Under the pieces are notes generated by a model, which was not told the DNA's origin, did not search any database, and worked only from the letters and a program-made list of their open reading frames with translations. The translations under genes and the position numbers were made by a program. A stretch of DNA of 64,000 bases from the human T2T-CHM13v2.0 reference genome, Homo sapiens: the NCBI RefSeq assembly GCF_009914755.1, contig NC_060928.1. One strand, given 5' to 3'. Positions 25,394 through 39,727 of this stretch are shown piece after piece. The first letter of the stretch is position 1. Every line of letters starts with the position of its first letter.

Positions 25394-26519
25394 TGTTGCA
25401 GGTAACATTTGTCTACAAGCAGATTAGGATACTGAGTTTAATGTGCACGTGTTTTCTATGCGAGCCCTTGGGATCAACACCTGTGGATAGCAAAGGAGGG
25501 GAAAAGGATTAGGCAGAGGGAAATGTCGTGCTGTAATCCAGAGCCAGCAATGGTCTTAGCCAATCCCACTTGGAGCTTTGGAGTTAAAATGTCTTGTTGC
25601 GTTATCTCAAATTGGGCCAGAATTGTTGTTGGTGAGTCAGTTCAGGTTTTTGACTTCACTAACAAAAAGAATTTGAGAGCAAGTCCAAAGTAAGAGTAGG
25701 CCAATGAATTTATTGCAAAGCAAAAGTAGACTCTGAGAGGCTGAGTAGGATGCTTCAAGGGAGAGAAAGCCCTTAGTGCCTTAAGGGGAATTCCTTTTGT
25801 GGGAGCTGTACATATGTATTTATAAAATACATAAAAGTGAGGTCAAGTATGCAAAGGTGGACCTGAGGTTGGCGCATGCATTCAGCATTAACATGCTCTA
25901 ACACACATTCTATGAATCATTAGCATCTAAAATCTCCACCTAGGAGTGTGGTTTTTTACTATTAAAATGACGAAAATGTCATTACAATCTAAATCCTGAA
26001 CCTAGCTGCTCAAGTGGGACCTCAGAGATGTCTCTAGCTCTCCAAGGCAGGAAATTGTAGCTAAGAGCCTCTTGGGCTTTTGATGCTGATAGGCTGGAAA
26101 TGAGGGGAGCCTCATCATAAACAAGGGCTTTTGTTCTCTTTCCCTGGGCGTATCAGGAGCTTGTATCCACCTGGCAGCTGGTATCATGTAGCACCGCTTA
26201 TCTTGCAAAAGAGTTAGGTGCATGGGTTGTGAAAGGAGCCCACTGGGCTTCACACAAGGTGACAAGTCGGTATGGCATCCTAAACTTACTTATCCTGCTC
26301 CAGAATGGCTGGTCCTTTCTGCCTCTGCTCTGTCAGTCATCCCTCCTGGGCTGACTTGGAAAGGATCTTGTACTTGGTCAGGTAGGCTCGTTCTCTGCAG
26401 TTCAGGTAAACCCTGAAGGGGCTGAGATTTAAATGCCACCTGCCAATAACATTCCTAGAAGCTAGAACAATAAATTTTTCCTCTAAGGGGCAGCTGGGCA
26501 GCTCATAGTGTCCACAACG
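25394..26519 (-). mobile_element. LTR16A-like LTR split by a younger ERV1 LTR
   Basis: 'cccttgggatcaacacctgtgg...aggattaggcagaggg' resumes after 26302 as 'gaatggctggtcc...ctctgcagttcaggtaaaccctgaaggggctga'. Confidence 0.7.
25624..26302 (-). mobile_element. Solo ERV1 (MER4-group) LTR, subfamily unresolved
   Basis: TG...CA termini, perfect 4-bp TSD GAAT, minus-strand AATAAA ('tttatt' at about 25708), 'agcatctaaaatctccacctagg' motif. Confidence 0.75.
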
Positions 26520-26563
26520 CTATATAAATAAATAAATAATAGTGATGTTATAAAGCACTAGCA

Positions 26564-26565
<2 letters not shown>

Positions 26566-26596
<31 letters not shown>
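26566..26596. repeat. (CA)n microsatellite
   Basis: Direct observation. Confidence 0.9.
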
Positions 26597-26598
<2 letters not shown>

Positions 26599-29500
26599 GT
26601 TTCATTAAATCTTAACCCAATAAAATTCTAATCAGCAGATATTTTCACTTTAAAAATATCTCTACAAAATAAGTAATACATCTCTAAAATTTAAAATTAA
26701 AGAATTTTCTAACAGTTTTAATATAAAACCATTTTTAAAGTATTTTTACAACTATTTTAATTTAATTTTATATTTTATTTAATTCTTATAATTGATTTAT
26801 AATTTTAATTTTTGATTTCTCCTCAACTTTTGAGGGTCAAATTATAACAATACATGACTAGACCTAGAAGGAAGCAAGCTCAGCTATTGAGTATCCCAGG
26901 AAAGTAAAGCAGGAACTGGTTTCTGAACCTTGCACTCACTGGTGTATATTTCATCTCCTTTTACTTGAACTGTTACCGGATTTTCAGCAAGAATAGAACT
27001 TTGTTTGCTCTATGGAATTCTGTAAAACTCATGGTGAAAAAAAGAAACATGTGATAAGGCCCTGCTGCCTTACTGCATTTCTGGTTCAATTCCTTCTGAG
27101 TAAACTGGTGCCAGCCAGGCCTATTGTGACCTTGTTAGTCTAATTGCTTACTTGAGCTCAGGTAAGAACTATAGATGAAGTGAACTTGTTACGACCATTG
27201 CCATGTTTTATTTACTGATGCTATGAAGTGTTAATCATCTCGTGTTTAATACTTAAATTTATACTATTAGTGGTCATTTTTAGGTGTAAGGTAAAATAAA
27301 ATAGAATTGTTAAACCTAGTGTCATCTAAATAACCCCTTCCTATATTTAATGTCTTTGAAATGTCACTTTTCAATATTAAAATATTATATATATTTGAGA
27401 TTGAAACTCTACCTTCTCTTCTGTTCCACAGTTGCATACCAATTCCCAAACACATATTGTATTATTTAAATTAGAATGTCTTTATAATACATTTTAATAT
27501 CTGGTAGGAACAACCTTTCCTATCTTTATCACATATTTTATAATATTAAAATAATTTTTATAGGTTTCTACTTCAGGAAGTTGTATTCTTCCAAAAAAAA
27601 TCCTGGTTGATATTTTTCTCACTGGAACATCATGTAACTTTAAATGCATTGATTAAGAATTAATACTCTTGATATATTGCTGTGTAATTTGTGTATGTGT
27701 GTGTGTGTGCTATGTCATCAAAGCCTGAACTCAAAGTAATTTTAGCTTAAAAATATATATCTATATATACATATATAAATAAAGAATACTTGGAATATGG
27801 ATATAAGATTAGAGGCTGAATACAGTTCTAACTAAATTCCTGCCATTAATGTTATGGAAATAGAAATTGTGTTAATTTTTTTTTGGTAATACCTAATAGG
27901 AAAGCATGAGAATGCATTATTGGTGGACTAGACATTTTGAGAAACTTTCAAAACTGAAATCAAGCAGGGATTGGATACATCAAAAACAAAAAAGAAACAC
28001 TCCTGAGAAAAGGATTGGAAGATGGACCAAGGCACTTCAGAGTAAAACAAATATTGAAATATTTCAAATTGCATCCTTATTTCATCTGTTCATCAAGAGG
28101 AGTCTTAACTCTATGAGTTTTGTCTGCATTCTGCCTCTTCTTCATTTAAAATGAATAATTGTGTATTTCAAGTGAAATGTCTACATTTTACTGATCTTTG
28201 ATATAGTGTAAAGAGTTGTGCTTCACAACCTCTTCTAATGTTTACTTATTTTCATATCTGTGGTTTCACTGAATGCTTTACTCTCATTTTTACCTTGACT
28301 TTCTTACCTTTTTTCTTGGTTGGATTTTTCTGAGCTTTATCTATTTTCTTGTGACTTTGAAATAAAAAATTTCTTTGATATTTTAATATTTTCAATAATT
28401 TTCTTCTTATTGGTGTCTTTATGTTTATGAATTCCTTCTTTCAGATTTCCTTTCTGGAGACTCATTATTATTTCAAATCATTATATTTTTTAATGATGAT
28501 AACAATTATCATTTTTTTTAGATGTTAGTTTCTGCAATGCTAAAGCACTTTATAAACCTAGCATGTTTACTTTCATTATTTCTTGTTTAATAATAAAGTA
28601 ATTCAATCAAATCATTTTCCTTTAAATTTGTCATATCATCAAAGTTCTGAAAATGTAATGTTCTCTTTACTTACCCTTATTCTTCAAACAGTTTGTTCAA
28701 AATTATTTTATAAAATTTGATCTGAGGCAAACTGGGATCTGTTGGAGACCTGATATTCAGTCATACTGAATTTAAATAGGCCACATGGTTAGGGATCCTT
28801 TGTACTACAGTTAAGATGCATGCTCTGGGCTGCCTTTTGTGCTTCCTGCAGTTGTATTGTAACAAGACTTAGGTTAAGTCTGTTACCTTTTTTGCCCTTT
28901 GGATTCATGCAGCTGGATGTTAGGAGGGCCAAGGCCTTTTTGTCCTTGTGTGATAAGTACTCCCTGTTTCTCTTATAGCATATGAAACTGGGGCATAGGA
29001 AACTACTCTGCCTTGAACTACACAGTCTTATCAGATCCATTTTGGCATGCGACCAAAAATGATCAATTTCTCCAATCTCTTTGAAACTCATGGAAATATT
29101 TTAGTTTGTTCTTTCCCCTCACTTCAAGGATAAAACCTATTATCCTCATATTTTGGGGTCTCCAATAATTCTTGCCATAGCTATGCCAGGCCACTATCTT
29201 AAGGAACAAAAGACAATATGATAAAAATCAGAGTTGTGGTGAGGTACATTACCAAGAGTGGCTATTGGCTTTGAGACAAACATATCCAAGCCCTCAATCT
29301 GAAACATTAGTGAATGAGATCTTGCTTTGGAATACTGAAGCAGGACTGGGTTGTATGGAAATTAGGGTCATCCTTAAGAAACCTGAGATTTTAAAGATAG
29401 CTTCACTTTCCATGGATATGGTTCAACATGAAAATACTATGTCTTTGTTTGCTGGGCCCAGAAAAAACTCAAGACAGAATAGGCAGAGCTTCAGTATATG

Positions 29501-30747
29501 GGTTTTATAGGCATTGGTGAGTGGAATGCTTTTCTATAGCCCGTAGTGTATGTATGTTTAATTATCTATCCCCTCTTTTTTTAATCGTCTGGGATATAGG
29601 ATATCTCTCCTGGGAAAGTAGATGTCCCACCATGAAAGGAAGAATTTTAGGAAATAATTATTTTCTTTAGTTGGAATTCTGAAAAGAGAAATGTTTCTCT
29701 TTACTGATACTCTGGAATAATTCTGAGTATTCTAGTTTCAAAAATTATAAATGTTTTCTAAGTTCTTAAGAATCAGACAATTTGTGTTAATTTTTTTTCT
29801 AACTCATAAAGAATATATTACTTTGGCATAGAATATGAGGTGTACAATCTTTGTATTTAGAAAATGACACATATTGCATTATTTTCTTACATTTTTTGGT
29901 TCAGAAATGTTTGATGGCAATTTGCTTTTGTTTTCCTACTAACAAACTGTCCCTCTATACATCTTTACACACATATACACATATACACATGCACGCTCAA
30001 GAGCTTCAATTTATTATTAAAATTCAGAAAATTTCCCAACCTCTAAATCTTTTTTAAAAAGTAGATCTCCTTTGTTGTTGAATACTTTTTTTGCCTTAGT
30101 TCAGGGAATGTATCTTAAGGTATTTTTAAAAGATAATTGATTAATTATTTACAATATTTAAACTGCTTTTTATTGTGTTGATTGCATTATATATTTTGGT
30201 AATTAACCTTCATGTTTGAAAGCCACATTCGTAACCGTAGATTATTCTGCTTTAAAGATATAATGACTTTTTGAATATTGTTGAGTATATAAATTATAGT
30301 TAGTTGACTTTTTAAACTTTCTTATAGCAAATTTGTCCTTCAGGGAAAAAAAGCATTTTTGTTTTACTCTGCCAAAAGGGTCTCTTTTTTTTAGCTACTG
30401 AATAGTTTCATATGCTTAGGAATAATCATTTATTTTTCTTCTATTTTATAAGAACATCAATATTTAATTTTAATAGATAAAAACCTCTTTAATTAGGATT
30501 TTTATTGAAATATTAAAGTCTGATTTAAAAAGAGATAGTTGAGTTTCTATTTAATCAGATCAGAGGTTTCACTGTCCAAAACCAGAAGAGTGTTTATTTC
30601 CAGCTTTATTGAGATATAATTAACAAATAAAAATTGTATATATTCAATGTCTACATGATATAATATTAATGTATGTATAATGTATACATTGTGAAATGAT
30701 TAACACAATCAAAGTAACTAACCTATCCATCACTACCCATAGTTACT

Positions 30748-30751
<4 letters not shown>

Positions 30752-30789
<38 letters not shown>
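30752..30789. repeat. (TG)n microsatellite within L1
   Basis: Direct observation. Confidence 0.9.
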
Positions 30790-30790
<1 letters not shown>

Positions 30791-30875
30791 TGGGATCATG
30801 TAAAATCTAAGTAAGTAAATTTCAAGTAAACAATACAAAACAATACAGTAGTATTGTTAACTATAGTCACCATGA

Positions 30876-31200
<325 letters not shown>

Positions 31201-31606
31201 AAATTTACTCATCTTATGACTGAAAGTTCACACTCTTTGACCAATCTCTTCATATCCCCCAACCCACAATCCCTAAACAAGCACATTCTACTCTCTGTTT
31301 CTATGAGTTTGACTTTTTTAGTTTCCAAATATAAGTGAGGTTATACAGTATTCATCTTTCTGTGTCTGGCTTATTTCACTTAGCATAATGTCTTCCAGCT
31401 ATACCCACGTTGTTGCCATGGCAGGATTTTCTTCTTTTTTTGTGGCTGAATGATATTGCATTGTGTGTGTTTGGGTGCCCGTGTGTGTGAACACATTTTC
31501 TTTATCCATTTATCTATGAATGAACATGTGGGTTGTTTCCATATCGTGGCTATTATGACTAAAGATGCAATGAACATAGGAGCTAAGAAATCTCTGAGAT
31601 GCAGGC

Positions 31607-31924
<318 letters not shown>

Positions 31925-32780
31925 TCATTTTTTTTTGGATATATATTCCGAAAAGGGATTGCTGGATCACACTATAGTTATATTATTAGTATTTTGAGGA
32001 AATCTATACTATTTTCCATAGTGGCTATATAAACACACAGTTGCACCAAGAGTGCACAAGAGTTTCCTTTTCTCTACATCTTCACCAACAGGTGTTATAT
32101 CTTAATTTTTTGGAAAACAATCATCCTAACATATGTGAAGTGATAGCTCAGTATGATTTTAACTTGCATTTCCCTAATGATTAATGATGTTGAGACCCTT
32201 TTCACATACCTCGTGACTTTTCAATATGTCCTCTTTGAAAAAAAATGTCTATTCAGGTCTTCTAGTCATGTTTAACTTGTTTTTTTTCTATTGAATAATA
32301 TGATTTCTTTATATATTTTGGATATTAAAAACTGATTAGATACGTGGTTGGCAAATATTTTCTCCCATTGTGTGTGTTGTCTGTTTGTTTTGTTCATTGT
32401 TTCCTTCACTGTGCAGAATCTTTTTAGTTTAATGTAGTTCCACTTATTTATTTTTGCTTTCGTTGCCTGTGCTTTTGGTGTCATGTCCAAAAAATTATTG
32501 TGAATATCCATGTCAAAAATTTTTCCCTATGTTTTCTTCTAATAGTTTTACAGATCTCACATTTAAGTCTTGAATCCAACTTGAATTTATTTCTCTATAT
32601 GGTATAACTTAAGGACTAATTTCATTTTCTTGCATGTGGATATCCAGGATTTCTGAGATTGTTTATTGAAGAGACAGACAATCCTTACCCTACTGTGTAT
32701 TCTTGCCGCACTTGTTAAAGTTAACCATATATATGTGGTTTATTTCTGGGCCTTCTATTTATTCCATTGTTCTAATTGTC

Positions 32781-33076
32781 TTTTTTTTTTTTTTTTTAGA
32801 CAGAGTCTGGCTCTGTCGCTGGCTCTGTCAGCTCACTGCAACCTCCGCCTCACTGCAACTTCTGCCTCCCCGGGTTCAAGCGATTCCCATGTCTCAGCCT
32901 CCTGAGTAACTGGGACTACAGACCTTCGCAACCATGCCCAGCTAATTTTTTGTATTTTAGTGGAGATGGGGTTTCAGCATGTTGGCCTGGATGGTCTGGA
33001 TCTCCTGACCTCGTGATCCACCCGCCTTGGCCTCCCAAAGTGCTGGGATTATAGGGGTGAGCCACTGTGCCAAGGC
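32781..33076 (-). mobile_element. AluSc-like with a rearranged right arm
   Basis: T tail, 'ggatggtctggatctcctgacctcgtgatcc', TSD aattgtct; short internal duplications at 32806-32866. Confidence 0.9.
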
Positions 33077-36000
33077 AAATTGTCTATCTTTATGCCAGCA
33101 CCATATATTTTGATTACTCTATAATTAAAAAATGAGGGAGTGTGATATCACCAGCTTTATTCATTTCTCACATGATTCCTTTTATAATTTGGGATTTTTT
33201 GTGGTTTATTACAAAGTTCAGGATTATTTTTCTCTTTCTGTGAAAAATGCTATTGGAATTTTAATAAAGATTACACTGAATCTATAAATTGCTTTGGACA
33301 ATATGAAAATTTTAACAATATTAATTCTTCCATTTCATGAACATGGGATATATTTCTATTTAAGTCTTTTTCAATTTCTTGTATAGTATCATATAGTTTA
33401 CAGTGTATAGATCTTTCATCTCCTTGGTTAAATTTATTTCTAAGTATTTTACTTTTTTGGATGCTATTGTATATGGGATTGGCTTCTTGATTTGTTTTTA
33501 AATATTTTATTTTTAGTGTATAGAAATACAACTGATTTTTGCATATTCATTTAAGATTTTTTTACTCCACTCTTTATTTATTTTTCTTGTGGATACACAG
33601 TAGGTGTTTATATTTATGGGGTACCTGAGATCTTTTGATGCATGTGTGCAATGTGAAATAAGCACATCATAGAGAATGGGGTAGATATTCCCTCAAACAT
33701 TTATTCTTTGAGTTACATACAATCCAATTACATGCTTTAGGTTATTTTAAAATGTACATTTAAGGTGACTATAGTTACCCTGTTATGCTGTCAAATAGCA
33801 GGTCTTATTCATTCTCTCTATTTTTTGTACCCATTAACCATTACTACCTCCTCCCTTAGACCCCCACTACACTTACCAGCCTCTGGTAACTATTATTCTA
33901 CTCTCTATGTGCATGAATTCAATTGCTTTAATTTTTAGAACCCACAAATAAATGAGAATATGTTATGCTTGCCTTTCTGTGCATGGCTTATTTCACTTAA
34001 CATAATGATCTCCAGTTCCATTTATGTTGTTGCAAATCACTGGATCTCATTCTTTTATATGGCTGATTAGTACTCCATTGTGTACATGTACCATATTTTC
34101 TTTAACCCTTTGTCTGGTGATGGACACTTACATTGCTTCCAAATCTTAGCTATTGTAAGCAGTATTGCAACAGGCATAGGAATGTGGATATCTCTTTGAA
34201 GTACTGATTTTCTTTTTTGGGGGGGTATACACCCAGCAGTGGGACTGCTGGATCATATGATAGCTCAATTTTTAGATTTTTGAGGAAGCTTCAACCTGTT
34301 CTCCATAGTGGTTGTACTAATTTACTTTTCCTCCAACATTGTACAAGGGTCCCCTTTTCTCCACATTTTTGCCAGCATTTCTTGTTGCCTGTCTGTTAGA
34401 TGTAAGTCATTTTAACTGGGGTGAAATATCTCATTATTGTTTTGATTTACATTTATCTGATAATGAATTATGTTGAGCACCTTTTCATATGCCTGTTTGC
34501 CATCTGTATATGTCCTCTTTGAGAAATGTCCATTCAAAAGCTTTGCCATTTTTTTGATAGGATTATTGTATATTTTCCATTAGAGTTGTTTGAGCTCCTT
34601 ACATATCTTGGTCCCTTCTTAGAAGGATAGTTTGCAAGTATTTTCTCCTATTCTGTCTCTATGTTGGTTGTGTCCTTTGCTGTGCACAAGCTGTTTAACT
34701 TAATGTAATCCCATTTGTCCATTTTAGGTTTGACTGTCTGTGCTTGTGGGGTATTTCTCAAGAAAATTTTGCCCAGACCAATGTCCTGGAGAGTTTCCTT
34801 AATGTTTTCTTGTAGTAGTTTTATAGTTTGAGGTTTTAGATTTAAGTCTTTAATCCATTTTCATTTTTTGGTATATGATAAGAGATAGAGGTCTAGTTTC
34901 ATTCTTCTGCATATGGATATCCAGTTTTTCCAGAACCATTTATTAAAGAGACTGTTCTTTCCCCAATGTTCTTGGCATCTTTGTCAAAAATGAATTCATT
35001 TTAGGTGTGTGGACTTGTTTATAGGCTTGCTACTGTTTCATTGGCCTATGTGTCTGTTTTTATGCCAGTACCATGCTGTTTTGGTTACTATATCTCAGTA
35101 GGGTAATATGAAGTCAGTTAATGTGATTCCTCCAGTTTTGTTCTTTTTGCTTAGGATACTGGTTATTCTGAGTCTTTTGTGGTTCTACATAAATTTTAGA
35201 TTTTTTTTTCTGATTCTGTAAAGAATGTCATTAGTATTTTGATAAGGATTGCTCTGAATCTGTAGATTGTTTTGGGTAGTATGGACATTTTAACAATATT
35301 GATACTTCCAATCCATGAACGGAGTTTTTTTTTTTCATTTTTTGGTGTCCTCTTCAATTTCATTCATCAGTGTTTTACAGATTTCATTATAGAGATTTTT
35401 CACTTTTTAGTTGTTGATTTCTATGTATTTAATTGTATGTGCAATTAATATAAATTGGATTACCTTTTTATTTCTTTTTCACATTGTTCAGTGTTGACAG
35501 AAATGCTACTCATTTTTGTACATTGATTTTGTATCCTGCAACATTACTGAATTTATCAGTTTTAATCGTTTTCTTGTGGAGTCTTTATGTTTTTTCAAAT
35601 ATCACATCATATCATTTGCAAACAAAGATAATTTGACTTTGTTTTTTTCCAGTTATATCTTTTGTTTGTCTGCCTGTGCTACCTAGGACTTCCAGTACTG
35701 TGTTGAATAACAGTGGTGCCAGGGGGCATACTTGTCATGTTCCAGATCTTAGAGGAACAGCTTTCAGTTTTTTTCCCATGAAGTATGATACTAGCTGTGG
35801 ATCTGTTGTGAATCACTTTTATGTAGAGATATATTTCTTCTGTATTCAGTTTTTTTTTTTGAGAGCTTTTATCATGAAGGAATTTTTAATTTTATCAAAT
35901 GCTTTATCAGGATGTATTGAAATGATTACATGGCTTTTCCCTTTCATTCTGTTGATATAATGTATCACATTGATTGATTTGCATATGTAGAAACATTTTT

Positions 36001-36527
36001 GTAGCCCAGGTATAAATCCTATTTGGTCATGATAAATGATCTTTCTAATATATTGTTGAATTCAGTTTGCTGGTATTTTGATGAGAATGTTGGCATCAAT
36101 CTTCATCAGAGATACTACCTTGTAGTTTTCTTTTTTTGATGTAGATCTGGTTTTGGTATCAGGGTAATACTGGACTCAGAATGAGTTTGGAAGTATTTCT
36201 TCCTCTATTTTTCAGAATAGTTTTAGTAGGATTGGTATTATTCTCCTTAAAATGTTTGATAGAATTCAGTAGTGAAACCATCAGGTCCTGAGCTTTTCTT
36301 TACTGGGAGACTTTCTATTACACTTTTGATCTTCTTACTCATTGTTTATTCAGATTTTGGATGTCTTCCTGGTTGAATCTTGGTAGGTTGTATGTGTCTA
36401 GGAATTTGTCCATTTCATCTAGATTTTCCAATTTATTTGCATAGAGTTGCTCATAGTAGCCACTAATGATCTTTTGAATTTCTGCAGTATCAGTTGTAAT
36501 GTCTTTTACTATTTCTGATTTTATTTA

Positions 36528-36904
36528 TGTTGGAAGAAAAGCTGAGTGTTGGGAGAGAAGCTGAGTCAGGGCTTGCATGTCTGCTAGACTTGCTGGCTTC
36601 TTACTTCTAGCACTCCCATTATCTCAAGTAGCCTTATGTTTCAAAGAAAATGGTAAACTGTCACAGCTGTAGCTCATTTGCTTGATACACCACTTCCTTT
36701 TAACCCCCACATCCTCACCAACTGTTTCTTTATTTGATCACCAGTAAATAGCGTGGGGTCCCATAGCTTGGGATCATCGCAACTTCCATACTAGCATTGG
36801 CCCCCTGGTTCCACTTTCTCTCTTAACTTGTCTTTTCTCATTCCTTTGACTCTGCCAGACTTTGTAGCCCCCACAGCCTGGTGTTGGGTCCGATCACTCC
36901 AACA
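36528..36904 (+). mobile_element. 5' LTR (LTR14A-like)
   Basis: tgttgg...ccaaca inverted termini; colinear with 40167-40543. Confidence 0.9.
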
Positions 36905-36908
36905 TTCC

Positions 36909-36926
36909 TGGCACCCAACATGGGGC
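36909..36926 (+). promoter_or_regulatory. Primer binding site, tRNA-Lys(CUU)
   Basis: tggcacccaacatggggc versus TGGCGCCCAACGTGGGGC; both mismatches are CpG decay. Confidence 0.9.
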
Positions 36927-37052
36927 AATGAAGACTCTGGTGAAGGAACGCTACAGTGTGTGAAAGCAGAGGATGCATTGTCAGAGGACACCAGAGGATG
37001 ACTGAAAGAAGCTCGGTGGGAAAGCTGAGCACTCAGAAGAACCAGGGTAACA

Positions 37053-37715
37053 ATGGGACAAAGTGAAAGCAAACAATTTGCTTATTTGAATTTCTTAAGG
37101 CATATATTATGAAGAGGGGGAATGAAAGTTAGTACTCAGAATTTGTCATCACTCTTTAGTACAGTAAAGCAGTTTTGCCCATGGTTTTCGGAAAAGGGAC
37201 TATGGAGTTGGATGAATGGGAGAGAATTGGAAGAGATTTTTAAAAGTCTTATAAAGATGGAGTAAAAATTCCAGTTTCCATTTGGTCAATGCGGGCGCTA
37301 ATAAAGGCAGTTCTTGAGCCATTTCAAACAGATGATGAGGCAGATTCAGATGAGGAAAAGGAGGATGCGTGTAAAAAACTAAACTAACTTCAGACTCTGA
37401 GTGTGAGGAACAACTACCAGAGGAGATTAAAGAAAAGAAAGGAAAACTAAAAAAAGTATGTTTTACTAGCCTGTTGGCTCCACCTGCTGAATTAAGTGAA
37501 TGGCCACCTCCTCTCTCTCCTCTTAATGGGTGAGAGAATGAATTAGCTGAATATATTAAGGCTTGCTATGGCATTGGAGGTAACTTACATAAGGCTACTC
37601 TTTTAGCTCAGGCTATGGCCGGATTGAAAGTAGGAAAAAATATACCCCATTTCTCAGGCTCTTGTTTCAATTGTGGCCAATTTGGACACACAAGAAAGGA
37701 ATGTAGAAAAGGAAA
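37053..37715 (+). pseudogene. gag: HERV-K gag remnant (MA, most of CA deleted, one zinc knuckle)
   Basis: MGQSESKQFAYLNFLRHIL*RGGMKVSTQNL...FCPWF; then YIKACYGIGG...[14 protein letters not shown]. Confidence 0.9.
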
Positions 37716-37720
37716 TGCTA

Positions 37721-38890
37721 TCTAGTAATGGAAAAACCTCATTTGCAGGACCTCAGCAGCAAGTTTTTCAAACTGACTTTTCTTCTGCTCAAAGGGCTGA
37801 ACTTATGGCTGTGATAACAGTGTTAAAAACTTTTAAACAGCCAGTAAACATTGTTTCCGACTCAGCCTATGTAGTGCAAACCATGTAAAATATTGAATGT
37901 GCCTTAATTTGAAGTGTGACTGATGAACTACTTAATCTTTTATTTCATTCTTTACAGCAAGCAGTGCAACAAAGGCATTCCCCTTTCTATATCACTCATA
38001 TGAGAGCACATACTAACTTCCCTGGCCCTTTAACTAAACTTAATCAAAGGGCAGATGCATCGGTGTCTACGGTCTTTGCTGATGCACAAACATTCCATTC
38101 TTTAACCCATCTTAATGCCACAGACCTTAGAAAAAGACATGGTCTATCACAGAAACAAGCTAAAGAAATGGTACAACACTGTTCTGCCTGCCAAGTCCTG
38201 CATCTGCCACATCAAGGAACAGAAGTTAACCCTAGAGGTTTATCTCTAAATTCCATCTGGCAGATGGATGTAACACATATTCCTGCTTTTGGAAAATTGT
38301 CCTTTGTTCATGTTCAAGTAGATACCTATTCACTTTTTATCTGGGCCACATGTCAAACAGGGGAAGCCACAGCTCATGTTAAAAGACATCTCTCATCTTG
38401 CTTTTCAGTTATGGGAATCCCCGAAAAGAATCAAAACTGATAATGGACCAGGATACTGTAGTAAAGCCATGGCTAGATTTTTTCAACAATGGAATATTAC
38501 CCATACTACGGGTATTCCATATAACTCACAAGGACAGGCAATAGTGGAAAGAGCTAATCGTACTTTAAAAACTAAAATATGAAAGCAAAAGGGAGGGGAT
38601 CAGGAATATAAGACACTGCATATGCAATTGCATTTAGCTTTATTAACATTAAATTTTTAAAATTTACAAAAATATCAACCCATGACTGCAGCTGAACAAC
38701 ACCTGACAGGACAAAAGGAAAACAAAAAGGCTAGACAAGATGTATGGTGGAAGGATGCACATACAAAGAGCTGGGAAAAAGGAAAGATAATTATATGGGG
38801 AAGGGGATTTGCTTGTGTCTCTCCAGGTGACAATAAGGTGCCTGTGTGGGTGCCCACCAAACATCTGAAGACCTATCATGGGCCACAACA
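37721..38890 (+). pseudogene. pol: HERV-K pol remnant: RNase H and integrase only
   Basis: [28 protein letters not shown]...CSAC (HHCC), [39 protein letters not shown]; with stops and frameshifts. Confidence 0.93.
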
Positions 38891-38896
38891 TCTAGT

Positions 38897-39453
38897 GGAC
38901 CCACCTGTACAGTGCACATTGAAGGTTTAAGGATTGCTGTTTTGCTATACTGTTGTACAAGAAGGATAAGCCTCAATTTGCTTTCTCTATGCCTTCTGTT
39001 AATCAGAAAAAGCCTGCTTCTTGTTATCAATGGTAAGTTTTACCCTGTGGTAATTAACCAAAGAGGCAGAAGCTGAGTTATAAATGCTTCAGCAATGGCA
39101 TGCTTCCCAGCTACAGAAAAAAAAAAGAAAAAAAAGACAAAAAACAAAAATCTTTGCTTCTGTTTCAGTAGATTTACTAACACGGGGGTGAGGGTATGCT
39201 TGTGTTTTTGCAGGAGATGAACAAACCATATGGGTGCCCTCAAGATGTGTATGACCATGGAATGCGAGACTGAAGGGACCCATGGATCCCAACCATGGAC
39301 CGAGTTCCCCCAGTATGAGCCATGAGCCAGTTGAATCTGAATGCGAAGATGGAATGAGGACTGACTGAAGTCACACTGACATCAACCCCCATAACATGGG
39401 GACAGATTAAAAAAACCACACAGGAAGCTGAGAAACTGCTGGAGTGCCAGGGT
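38897..39453 (+). pseudogene. Collinear mini-fragments of a second betaretrovirus (pro, RT, RT thumb, IN C-terminus, env leader), HML-6-like
   Basis: Manual translation: PTCTVHIEG; KDCCFAILLYKKDKPQFAFSMPSVNQKKPASCYQW*VLP; LTKEAEAEL*MLQQWHASQLQ; VDLLTRG*GYACVFAGDEQTIWVPSRCV*PW; TSTPITWGQIKKTTQEAEKLLECQG. Confidence 0.8.
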
Positions 39454-39454
39454 T

Positions 39455-39727
39455 TTACCTTTTGCTGGGATTCAGAGGTACAATAGATGCTTCATGGACC
39501 AATGCTTTCTGACTGAACTCCTCTCTACCCTGAATACAAGAGATCCTAATAGGTAGGCAGGAATATCATTGCCCCCATTCAGCATGAAGAAGTTACAGAA
39601 GACAGACCTTCATCCTTCTGGAACCTTAGAACTGAGGGTCCTCTTGTAAAAGGGAAAGGGGAAATATGTAAGAAGCATTCAAACCACAGCAACTGTATTT
39701 TAAATAAGGGCTAAGAAAAATGAAGCT
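39455..39727 (+). mobile_element. MER41 internal 3' end, PPT and first ~60 bp of LTR, embedded in the provirus
   Basis: 'aaaagggaaaggggaaata|tgtaagaagcattcaaaccacagcaact' aligns (about 41/60 by eye) to the reverse complement of the MER41A terminus at 47358. Confidence 0.72.

Noticed and set aside
27155-27170. Strong splice donor CAG|GTAAGA suggesting an exon
   Set aside because: Isolated motif with no convincing acceptor, ORF or partner exons.
37916-38440. 174-aa ORF as a functional integrase
   Set aside because: A frameshift before the second catalytic Asp (KTDNG is in another frame) and upstream stops.
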